This document shows, piece by piece, positions 18,217 to 26,818 of a DNA stretch of 64,000 bases (position 1 is the stretch's first letter; each line of letters starts with the position of its first letter). A program made the translations under genes and the position numbers. This DNA comes from a virus. Lineage: Duplodnaviria > Caudoviricetes. The stretch lies in the IMG/VR virus record IMGVR_UViG_3300037467_001298, positions 4,174 to 68,173 of that record. One strand, written 5' to 3'. The notes under the pieces are model-generated. The model was not told where the DNA came from. It made no database searches and saw nothing but the letters and a program-made list of their open reading frames with translations.

Positions 18217-19251
18217 ATGGGTAAAGTCAATATTTTAAAAGAGTTTAAAGGTGGAAGTATGGCAAGAACCTTTTTAGTCGATAAATATGGACAAAAATAT
18301 GTTAGGAAAATTGCGGCCAATGATAAAGATGGGTTAGGTATTGAAAAACTTTATAAGCAATGGAAATGGCAATTTGACTTTTGTAGAAATGATGAACCAG
18401 GAGTTATGCCTGATACTTCATTTTTTGTGTTTGGGAAGGACTCTGGTTACTATGATATGGAATATGTAGAACTTGGTACTTTTCTTGATTTATTACTTAA
18501 TGAGGAAGATATTGATGGAATGATTCTTCATGATATATTAAAAGCAGGGTCATTAATAGCAAAACCTGTAGATGAAGAACCTAAACATGATTATTTATTA
18601 GTTAATCATTTACAAAAAATGGTAAAAAGAACTCAATCACTACAACCTTATGAGTTTTACAAACATGATTCAATTGATATAAATGGAAAGTCATGTCAAA
18701 ATCTTCATAGAATATTAGAGTTTATTGTAAACGAACCTGGGCTAATTAAGTTATTATCACCTAAAAAATTATATAGGTCTCATGGTGATTTTACTTTCCA
18801 AAACATTCTTGCTGATGAATATGATTTGGTTGTAATAGACCCACGTGGTGAAGGTGCTGACTCAATTTATTATGATATTAGCAAACTTTATCAAAGTTGT
18901 CATGGTAAATATGATTTACTTTTTGATGGTAATTATAGAGTTTGGTCAGATGGTTATACTGATGTTATCAATTATGAGATACTTGATGGTGTAGAAAAAT
19001 TCAATGCTATTTATGATGAGCTTCGTGAACTAATACCTCAGTATTATGAAATTGAAGATGAGCATTGGGAATTAATTACAAAATTTTATGAGGCAAGTCA
19101 CTTCATTTCAATGACACCTTTTAGATTAAAAGAAAATGGAAATATAACAGCAGTCTGTTATGCAATTGGTATAGAATTATTAAATGAGGTAGTGGAGGAA
19201 TATTTAAATGTTAAATCTGAACTTAAAAAACAAGAAAGCATTACTATTTGA
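18217..19251 (+). CDS. APH/choline-kinase-fold small-molecule kinase
   Basis: Gly loop KGGSMART, VRK lysine, YDMEYV hinge, HGDFTFQNIL catalytic loop, IDPRG. Confidence 0.85.
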   Translation: MGKVNILKEFKGGSMARTFLVDKYGQKYVRKIAANDKDGLGIEKLYKQWKWQFDFCRNDEPGVMPDTSFFVFGKDSGYYDMEYVELGTFLDLLLNEEDIDGMILHDILKAGSLIAKPVDEEPKHDYLLVNHLQKMVKRTQSLQPYEFYKHDSIDINGKSCQNLHRILEFIVNEPGLIKLLSPKKLYRSHGDFTFQNILADEYDLVVIDPRGEGADSIYYDISKLYQSCHGKYDLLFDGNYRVWSDGYTDVINYEILDGVEKFNAIYDELRELIPQYYEIEDEHWELITKFYEASHFISMTPFRLKENGNITAVCYAIGIELLNEVVEEYLNVKSELKKQESITI

Positions 19252-19813
19252 TGTAGACGGTACTATCGCTGATACAATGCCAGCACATAATAAAGCATAT
19301 GAGTTAGCATTCCATTTAAACAATGTTCCTTTTGATATTGAACTTCATAAAACATATGCCCCTTTTGGTGGTAATGTATTAATGAGGGAAACTGTTGAAG
19401 CAATAGGTTATGGTGCTCAAGCGCATCAAATCATTAAGGATAAACAAGCATTATTGGGTTTTTGTTTAGATAGATTTATGAGACCCAATACTGAACTCAT
19501 TAATTTTATTAAACAAAATGTTGAGAAATATTATATTGCTTTTGTATCAAATGGTCGTAGAACAAGTATTCAACAAGTACTTGAAAAATTAGGTTTATTA
19601 TATTATGCTGATTATATTACAACATCTGATATTTTGGGCGCTGCGAAGCCCTCACCAGAAGCATATAATTATACAATGCTCATGTTAGGTGTTAATCCTG
19701 ATGAAGTAATTACATTTGAGGATAATGAGATTGGTATTACTGCTGCAACTCGTGCTAAAATAAAAGATATTATTAAAGTTAATACGGAGGATTTTAGATT
19801 TGAAAAACTTTAA
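19208..19813 (+). CDS. HAD-superfamily sugar phosphatase/mutase (beta-PGM-like)
   Basis: FDVDGTIADT, FVSNG, AKPSPEAY, FEDNEIG. Confidence 0.92.
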   Translation: MLNLNLKNKKALLFDVDGTIADTMPAHNKAYELAFHLNNVPFDIELHKTYAPFGGNVLMRETVEAIGYGAQAHQIIKDKQALLGFCLDRFMRPNTELINFIKQNVEKYYIAFVSNGRRTSIQQVLEKLGLLYYADYITTSDILGAAKPSPEAYNYTMLMLGVNPDEVITFEDNEIGITAATRAKIKDIIKVNTEDFRFEKL

Positions 19814-20546
19814 AGGTATTATACTCGCAGGTGGTAGAGGATCTCGCCTATCACCTATAACAGATGTATATAATAAATATTTATGTCCTGTTTATGATAA
19901 ACTCATGATAGAATATTCTATCCTATCATTAAAAGATGCAGGAATAACTGATATAGCAATTATTCTTGGTACAAAGTCTGCTGGTGAAACAATGGACTAT
20001 CTCAAATCAGGTAAAAAATATGGTGTTAAATTTACATATTTTTATCAGGATGAGCCGCTGGGAGTTCCGAATGCTCTGTATCAGGCTAAAGATTGGGCTG
20101 GACTAACTAACGTAGTTGTATTGTGCGCTGATAATATTATTTATGATAATTTAATGCCATTCTTAGAAATGTATAAAGGCGGAGGTTTTATTACAACTAA
20201 ATTCTTTAATGATAAAGAGGAACTAAAGAGATTCGCTGTGCTAGAGTTTGATGAAGATTTAAGTATTAATAAAATTGTAGAAAAACCTGAAAACCCTAAA
20301 TCCTCCCTAGCATTTTGTGGGATACAAATATACGATTTACAATTATGGTCAATTATTAAAGGACTGGAACCTTCTAGACGCGGTGAATATGAAATTGTGG
20401 ATGTATTAAATGAATATATTAATCGTAAAAAGTTTAGTTATGGAACATTAACCAAACAATGGTTCGACTGTGGCAATAAGGATGCTTTGTTTGAAGCACA
20501 ACAATATGCTTTCTTTAATTCGATTGAGGAGGCCCTAAACAAATGA
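19800..20546 (+). CDS. sugar-1-phosphate nucleotidyltransferase (RmlA/SpsI-like)
   Basis: GIILAGGRGSRLSPIT..NK, QDEPLG, ADNI, VEKP, PSRRGEYEIVD, WFDCG; TTG start. Confidence 0.92.
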   Translation: MKNFKGIILAGGRGSRLSPITDVYNKYLCPVYDKLMIEYSILSLKDAGITDIAIILGTKSAGETMDYLKSGKKYGVKFTYFYQDEPLGVPNALYQAKDWAGLTNVVVLCADNIIYDNLMPFLEMYKGGGFITTKFFNDKEELKRFAVLEFDEDLSINKIVEKPENPKSSLAFCGIQIYDLQLWSIIKGLEPSRRGEYEIVDVLNEYINRKKFSYGTLTKQWFDCGNKDALFEAQQYAFFNSIEEALNK

Positions 20547-21994
20547 CCTATCAAATTATTAATTCCCATAAAGACAACCCTAATAAAAAGAATATTATGT
20601 TATTCTTGCTCGAGAGAAATCTCGGCAAGAAAACTAATTTCTTGTCATATTCATATATACTTAATACTGTTAAAATTTTACAAAAAGATTTCAATGTTTT
20701 CCTCGTTGCCCGTTCATCAAGTTCAAGAGGCGCCTGGATAGAGGTAGCATTACAAACACCTATTTTGAAAGACTGTATACTTATTAATCTTGATGCTTCA
20801 GGAAGGTTTATGAGAGTTGAAACAGGCGAACAGGAGTTATATGATGATGATAAAGCCGCATACAATTATACTTATAAGTATATGGATACTTTGTTTACTA
20901 ACCTCATTCATGGTGAGCCATGGATATTTAATAATCTCGTTGGCACTATTTCTTCTGCTCTTTTTCTTGTATATGAAAGGAATCACGAAATTATACCATA
21001 CGATGAAAGAACTGAAAAACTCTCAGCAGGAGCCATGGAAACAGCCCGTAAACGACTTACAGGGGAACGTCAATTCTTCTCGTTCCGAATGATTAGTCAG
21101 AGATGTATGTATCCTTTATACTTCCTCACAAGACTTATGAGGGACTATCCAAATTTATGGCATTACTCATTCTGTCACGATACTAGCTCAATATGGTACC
21201 CATGGTCTGCTAAGGTAAATCCTCTTACAAAAAATGTTAAATGTTTTTACTTTGTAAATGATGATAGAGGACCTATGAGGGATTTTAAAGAATTCCCATC
21301 TGCGCAGATTCAAGATGCCTTTGGTAAAAAACAATTGACAAAGGATGAGTTAAATGATATTCTCAATAATAAAAAACATGATTTTATCTTTGGCGGAACT
21401 TTTCCTTATGATGTTAGTTACCGCTTGGCGGATTGGGTACGTTATTTTAATGACCTTAATTGTGATGCTACTATTCGTACTCAAACTGATGGTACTTCCA
21501 CTATTACTTGTACAGAGATTAAGGATCCACTCGAAACAAAGAAATTCAAAGGTAAAAAGATAAAAGATGAAAAGGCGTTAGATGTTATTAGAAGTATTTC
21601 TGTCAATAAGAATGTTAAACCTACTGTATCTCAACAAGAGTATCACGAGGAACAAAAGGATTATATGTTTACAATTATTTTAAAATGCTTTTATGGTAAG
21701 TATGATTCTTTAAACTTTAGGATTTATTCTTCATTAGCAAATGGCGTTATTCCTTTATTAGCTAATGACTATGATGTTGATTGCCTTCAAATTCCGTTAT
21801 TATTTAAACAACTATTAACGGTTAGAGATAATATTGATATTGAAGAAAAGATTGAATATTATAAAAATAACCCTGAAAAATATAAGGAACTATTTTGGGC
21901 ACTCTATAATCACTATGTAAAGCCTGAACACTATCAAAATGAGTGGTATGAAAAAGTGTTCAAAGAAAATTATTTTAATGAATTATATAAATAA
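20543..21994 (+). CDS. GT-B glycosyltransferase, T4 beta-glucosyltransferase-like (GT1)
   Basis: KKHDFIFGGTF resembles T4 BGT KTLDVIYGGSF; LNFRIYSSLANGVIPLLANDYD resembles ITLRVWETMASDAVMLIDEEFD; final helices IEEKIEYYKNNPEKYKEL. By-eye alignment. Confidence 0.65.
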   Translation: MTYQIINSHKDNPNKKNIMLFLLERNLGKKTNFLSYSYILNTVKILQKDFNVFLVARSSSSRGAWIEVALQTPILKDCILINLDASGRFMRVETGEQELYDDDKAAYNYTYKYMDTLFTNLIHGEPWIFNNLVGTISSALFLVYERNHEIIPYDERTEKLSAGAMETARKRLTGERQFFSFRMISQRCMYPLYFLTRLMRDYPNLWHYSFCHDTSSIWYPWSAKVNPLTKNVKCFYFVNDDRGPMRDFKEFPSAQIQDAFGKKQLTKDELNDILNNKKHDFIFGGTFPYDVSYRLADWVRYFNDLNCDATIRTQTDGTSTITCTEIKDPLETKKFKGKKIKDEKALDVIRSISVNKNVKPTVSQQEYHEEQKDYMFTIILKCFYGKYDSLNFRIYSSLANGVIPLLANDYDVDCLQIPLLFKQLLTVRDNIDIEEKIEYYKNNPEKYKELFWALYNHYVKPEHYQNEWYEKVFKENYFNELYK

Positions 21995-22010
21995 AAAGAA
22001 TTTTATATGG

Positions 22011-22039
22011 TTTACGAAAACACATTACATATATATAAT
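22011..22039 (+). promoter_or_regulatory. sigmaA-type promoter
   Basis: TTTACG-N17-TATAAT. Confidence 0.65.
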
Positions 22040-22082
22040 TGTAATGTGTTTTTTAATTTATTAATTGAATGGAGGTATTATT

Positions 22083-22739
22083 ATGAGCAGTTTGGAAAAA
22101 TATAATATTATTAAATCAGATGAGGAAACACCAGATGGGATAAGTGAAAAAACATTCGGTTATGTAGAAGGTAAAAAGGTTTTGATTAAAACAGATTATA
22201 GGCCGACTGAGATACTTGCAGAATACTTTGCATACAAATTAGGTGAAGCATTAGAAATTCCTGTTAACAAAGTCAAATTAATTGATTGTGGCACACTTTT
22301 AGGTTTAAAAAATAACCTGTGTTCAGTTCACTGGTGGGAAGAATGTTTTATTGATTCTGCAGATTATGTAGGAATTGAAGAGCAAAAAGATTTAGATATG
22401 ATGAAGTTCTTTGACGCTATAATTGGAAATGATGATAGGCACCATCATAATTATGGGTTTATAGATGATTGTATATTCTTAATTGACCACGGTCTATCAT
22501 ATCCTTGGAAAAGTTTTTATTCTGAAAACATTAATGACCTTCATCAAACATGGCATAAAGTACCTGAAATTACAAATAAATTTTTATCTTTAACAGAAGA
22601 TAATTTTAGAAAAATGTTAGAACTTCCAGATGATTTAGAACATAATATACCTGATGGAAAATTCAATAAAATTGTAGAAAGAATGTTTGAAGCACAAGAT
22701 ATTTTAAAGGAGGCAATAGCAAATGCAAACGCAGCCTAA
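22083..22739 (+). CDS. HipA-like / PI3K-like kinase
   Basis: VLIK, AEYFAYKLGEALEIP, DAIIGNDDRHHHNY, LIDHG; ATG 22083 after GGAGG. Confidence 0.8.
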   Translation: MSSLEKYNIIKSDEETPDGISEKTFGYVEGKKVLIKTDYRPTEILAEYFAYKLGEALEIPVNKVKLIDCGTLLGLKNNLCSVHWWEECFIDSADYVGIEEQKDLDMMKFFDAIIGNDDRHHHNYGFIDDCIFLIDHGLSYPWKSFYSENINDLHQTWHKVPEITNKFLSLTEDNFRKMLELPDDLEHNIPDGKFNKIVERMFEAQDILKEAIANANAA

Positions 22740-22749
22740 TAATATACCA

Positions 22750-22778
22750 TTTACAATTTTCATAATTTAATATATAAT
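22750..22778 (+). promoter_or_regulatory. sigmaA-type promoter
   Basis: TTTACA-N17-TATAAT. Confidence 0.7.
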
Positions 22779-22784
22779 TAAATT

Positions 22785-23513
22785 ATGGAGGTGTTTAATT
22801 TGGAATATGGGTTTATTTATATTACAACTAACAATATTAATAATAAAAAATATATTGGCAAATGTAAATATAAACCAGGTAGTAAAAATTACTTAGGTTC
22901 AGGCTTACATTTGAAACGTGCTATTAATAAATATGGAAAAGAAAACTTTTCAAGAGATATTATTGATACTGCTAAAAATGAAAATGAATTAAATAAAAAA
23001 GAAAAGTATTGGATTGATTTTTATAATGCTATACATTCTGATAATTTTTATAATATAGCAGAAGGTGGGCATGGTGGTAATACATTAGCTGGGAAAACAG
23101 AAGAGGAATTAAAACAATTTGGCGAAATTATAAGTAATGCAAATAAAGGAAGAAAATGGTCGGATGAAAGCAAACTTAATAGAAGTAAAGAAAGGAAAGG
23201 CAAATTTACAGGTAAAGACCATCATATGTTTGGTAAAAAACTTTCTGACGAACAAAAAAAGAAAATTAGTAATAAAGTAAAAGGTGGTAAGAATCCATCA
23301 GCAAAGAAAGTTTATATTTATAAAGGTAGTGAATTAATAAAAGTTTGTAATACTTTTGATGAGACAGTTCATTGGTTTTATAAACAATATCGTGCTTATT
23401 CTCTTACTACAAGTAATAAATTAATAAGAAATTTAAGAAAAAGTGGTGGTACTTGTATTAAAACAGGATTAAGTTTTAGTGATAAAAAATTAGGAGGTAT
23501 TAACAATGAGTAG
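22785..23513 (+). mobile_element. free-standing GIY-YIG homing endonuclease with NUMOD3-like repeats
   Basis: GFIY...KKYIG, YLGSG, ELNKKEKYWI, YNIAEGG, HHMFGKKLSDEQKKKIS. Confidence 0.88.
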
Positions 23514-24717
23514 GGTTGGCTTCGGGAAAATGGGCCGTTCAATATATTTTGATAGAAAAAAATGGAAAGAAAATGCGGGAAATAATGAAGCACCAATATT
23601 AATAAGTGCCATTGCAAAACTTCAACCTAATACTACTTACTATTTAATTGGTAAATCTGATTTCAGTAGGGTGTCAGATGATATTAGGAAAGAATGGTTT
23701 CCACATAATAATGTAATTGATTGTTGGAAAGATTTCAATCCTAAGCAACACGACCCAACAACATGGATTTGGGAACAGTTAAAAAATAAAAATTTAGATT
23801 ATTGTATAATTCACGGTGGGATGGCTTCTCTAAGTATACCAAATAAAATATATTGCTTAGATAGAAAAACAAAAAAACCTGACTACTCAAAACTAAGACA
23901 ACCTCTTGCATCACTTGTTAATTATTGCTCACCAATAACATATTTTTTAAATGAGTCAAAAATAGATTGGTTAACAATTACATCAGATGGAAGGTATATG
24001 CCTCTACCTGCTCGCGATTTAATTAATCCTGAGAAAATTAGTTTGGGTGTTAGAGAAGGTGTTGTAGAAATCGAACGAATGAAATCCTATGAGGACCAAG
24101 AAACAATGGTTAAGCATAAAGTAGATTTACGTTACGCTGCTGCCGAATTTCAATATTTACTTGATCCTAAATTCAGCACATTTAGGTATAACGAGGAAAA
24201 AACTCAAAAAGTTGGTTTATTCTTTCATCAATATGATAATAAAAAACGTGTAGCTGCAATTCAAGATATTATTGAGCAATTTGGTGAAGATGAAATTGCA
24301 GTATATGGAAAATGGGAATTAGCAGGTCATGATAAAAGGTATAAAGGTCCTGTGAACTTTGAAGAATTACAAGATATTTTACCTTCTGTTAAATATACTT
24401 TCTGCTATCCTATAATTCCTAATGACTTTTCAGGTAAATGGGTTGAAAGTGTTCGAGCTGGTATAATTCCGTTCTTCCATTCAACTTATGGTGATAGGAA
24501 AATAATGTCAAGATATGATAAATCATTTGAGTGGCTTTATGTTGATAATGGACAAGAAATGAAACAAAAGATAGAATATCTTGAACAAAATCCTACAGCG
24601 TATTATAGGATGAAAAATTTACTTATATCAACAGTTAGTCGTTTCCCTAAAAATGGCGCCTCATTTGTTAATGCAATAAACAAAGCAGTAAAAGACATGA
24701 AAGGTATGAGAAAATAA
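23506..24717 (+). CDS. GT-B glycosyltransferase, T4 beta-glucosyltransferase-like (GT2)
   Basis: N-terminal RVGFGKMG...NNEAPILISAI resembles BGT KIAIINMG...SSETIYLFKVI; YKGPVNFEEL, FSGKWVESVRAGIIPFF, LYVDNGQEMKQKIEYLEQNP resemble the BGT C-terminus. By-eye alignment. Confidence 0.65.
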   Translation: MSRVGFGKMGRSIYFDRKKWKENAGNNEAPILISAIAKLQPNTTYYLIGKSDFSRVSDDIRKEWFPHNNVIDCWKDFNPKQHDPTTWIWEQLKNKNLDYCIIHGGMASLSIPNKIYCLDRKTKKPDYSKLRQPLASLVNYCSPITYFLNESKIDWLTITSDGRYMPLPARDLINPEKISLGVREGVVEIERMKSYEDQETMVKHKVDLRYAAAEFQYLLDPKFSTFRYNEEKTQKVGLFFHQYDNKKRVAAIQDIIEQFGEDEIAVYGKWELAGHDKRYKGPVNFEELQDILPSVKYTFCYPIIPNDFSGKWVESVRAGIIPFFHSTYGDRKIMSRYDKSFEWLYVDNGQEMKQKIEYLEQNPTAYYRMKNLLISTVSRFPKNGASFVNAINKAVKDMKGMRK

Positions 24718-24869
24718 TGCAAACAGCAATAGCAACTCCAGAACCTGAAAATGATTATAATTTTTTTATGGTTGATGGTAAATTAATTAAAGTTGAAAAT
24801 ATTGAAAAATTTATTAATACTTTGGTTTACAACAATAAAAATTCTACGTATAATCACAATGTAAATTAA
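24717..24869 (+). CDS. possible 50 aa hypothetical protein
   Basis: TAATG coupling to GT2; 3' part overlaps the next promoter. Confidence 0.35.
   Translation: MQTAIATPEPENDYNFFMVDGKLIKVENIEKFINTLVYNNKNSTYNHNVN
24826..24854 (+). promoter_or_regulatory. sigmaA-type promoter
   Basis: TTTACA-N17-TATAAT. Confidence 0.75.
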
Positions 24870-24887
24870 AACGATGGAGGTTACAAA

Positions 24888-25109
24888 ATGAATGATTTAA
24901 ATATTTTGTTAGGTCAATCTTTTACTCACATGGTAGGATCTGAATCACAAGCAAAACGTGTGGTTGAGGATTATAAAGCCGAATATACAATTAAAAAGTC
25001 AACAATTGACAAAAAGGTTAAAAAAGGTATGGAATATTGGAAAGTAACTGTTGTTATTGACCATGTTTCTGAAAAGGATGCTTTCGGTATGTACTTTGAT
25101 GAGGTGTAG
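24888..25109 (+). CDS. hypothetical protein
   Basis: GGAGG RBS, 73 aa ORF. Confidence 0.75.
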   Translation: MNDLNILLGQSFTHMVGSESQAKRVVEDYKAEYTIKKSTIDKKVKKGMEYWKVTVVIDHVSEKDAFGMYFDEV

Positions 25110-25114
25110 AAAAA

Positions 25115-25810
25115 ATGACCTCTCAAATGATTGTAGATGAGCCTTATGGGTTCATCTACGTCACAGAAAATTTATTAAATGGTAAAAAGTATATTGGCCA
25201 ACATACTAATTTTAATGATAAGTATTTAGGTAGTGGTACAGTAATTAAAAAAGCAATAGGAAAGTATGGTAATAAAAACTTTAAAAGAAAAATCATATAT
25301 ATTGCTTATAACGAAAGTGAATTGAATTTTGCTGAAAAATTGTTTATCCGTTCAAGAAATGCTGTTAAAAGTAATATGTATTATAATATTGCTGAAGGTG
25401 GATTAGGTGGTAATTCTTGGGCAGGAAAAACAAATGAAGAAATTGAAATTATTAAATATAAAATAAGTGAAGGTATGAAAGGTAATAAAAATCCTGTATT
25501 TGGTAAAACAGGAATAAATGCTCCTTTCTTTGGAAAAACTTATACTCATACAAATGAGGCTAAACAAAAAATTGGAATAGCAAATAAAATTGCTCAACAA
25601 AAGAAAGTATTACTTGTTGATATTAAAGGCAATATAATTGAAATATTTCAATCTGTTGATGAAGTAAAGAAAGGAAACTGGAGGAAACAATTTCCAAAGC
25701 CAAATGGTATGGATTATGTTATGAACTGTTTGAGAAATAAGTTATTATTTCATAATCATTATTTAATTTACGAAGGTGATTATAATGAGTTCAAGTCAAA
25801 TGCGTTCTGA
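25115..25810 (+). mobile_element. second free-standing GIY-YIG homing endonuclease
   Basis: GFIY...KKYIG, YLGSG, ELNFAEKLFI, YNIAEGG, NPVFGK and HTNEAKQKI NUMOD3-like segments. Confidence 0.88.
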
Positions 25811-25930
25811 GGTTATATTTGCTTATGCAGGAAAATATAAAGGAACACCTTGGGAACGGAAGGTTAATAAAATGTCAGATAATCAAGTTTTATCAATATA
25901 TTTAAATTTAAAAAAACGAGGTAAAATCAA

Positions 25931-26188
25931 ATGATTATTAAAAATATTGGAAAACCTATTGATATTACTTATGATTGTGGTAATTTCTTTATTAATGAGG
26001 ACGGAGAACTACGAAGAATAATTGAGGTAGGAAACAATGAATTTGGCGTCCAAAATGTTAAAAATGGAACACTCGCTATAGGAAATAGAAAAAATAGTAT
26101 TGATGAACTAATTAAGCATTATGTTACTCATAATGGGAATATTAAAAAAGTTGAAGTTAAAGAAATTAATTACGTGGAGGTACGATAA
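25931..26188 (+). CDS. hypothetical protein (dispersed ~90 aa paralog family)
   Basis: GAGG RBS; YDCGNFF..DGE...I...F.V.NVKNG. Confidence 0.72.
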   Translation: MIIKNIGKPIDITYDCGNFFINEDGELRRIIEVGNNEFGVQNVKNGTLAIGNRKNSIDELIKHYVTHNGNIKKVEVKEINYVEVR

Positions 26189-26190
26189 AA

Positions 26191-26709
26191 ATGAATAAAG
26201 TACGTGGATTTGAAGTTGCGAAAGGTTTTGAACAAAAAGGAATTAATTTACCAGCAAGACAAACAAAAAATGCTGCAGGTTATGATTTTGAAGCCGCTGA
26301 ATATACTACAATCCCTTCAATTTGGAAACAAGGTTTCAAATATATCTTCAATAAAATTTTTAGTGGCGGAAATGAAGTTGATGAAAAACTATTCAAACCA
26401 ACATTAGTTGCTACAGGAGTTAAATCTTATATGGGAACAGATGAAGTATTATATCTGTATAACCGTTCGTCAAATCCATTGAAAAAATTCTTATTGCTTG
26501 GAAATGGAGTGGGCGTTATTGATTCGGATTATTATGAGAACCCTGATAATGATGGTCATATCATGTTTCAGTTTATTAACTTTGGTATTCTTGATAAAAC
26601 TATTGCGCCAGGTGATAGAATAGGCCAAGGTGTATTCGCTCAATTTCTAAAAGCCGATAATGATACTGTAAATAAAGAACGTCAGGGTGGATTTGGAAGT
26701 ACTAATTAA
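26191..26709 (+). CDS. dut: trimeric dUTPase
   Basis: AGYDF, RSS, GVIDSDYY, PGDRIGQGVF, RQGGFGST motifs I-V. Confidence 0.95.
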   Translation: MNKVRGFEVAKGFEQKGINLPARQTKNAAGYDFEAAEYTTIPSIWKQGFKYIFNKIFSGGNEVDEKLFKPTLVATGVKSYMGTDEVLYLYNRSSNPLKKFLLLGNGVGVIDSDYYENPDNDGHIMFQFINFGILDKTIAPGDRIGQGVFAQFLKADNDTVNKERQGGFGSTN

Positions 26710-26724
26710 TCGGAGGTAATTAAA

Positions 26725-26817
26725 ATGAATATTGAATTACTTATTGAACAAGCCGAAAGCAATTTCCCTTATGTAGAAATTCAAAATATCCGTGAACAAT
26801 TAATGGAGGAAAAATAA
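26725..26817 (+). CDS. 30 aa hypothetical protein
   Basis: GGAGG RBS; MNIELLIEQAESNFPYVEIQNIREQLMEEK. Confidence 0.5.
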   Translation: MNIELLIEQAESNFPYVEIQNIREQLMEEK

Positions 26818-26818
26818 T

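Noticed and set aside
19800-20546. Start of a dTDP-rhamnose (rmlABCD) pathway for surface conversion
   Set aside because: No rmlB/C/D, flippase or membrane GT is present in the window; the neighbours are soluble BGT-like proteins.
22720-24740. Similar short sequences at the kinase end (aatgcaaacgcagc) and the GT2 end (aatgcaaacagcaa) as a target-site duplication
   Set aside because: Only about 9 bp are identical and they lie in coding, A-rich context; insufficient without comparative genomes.
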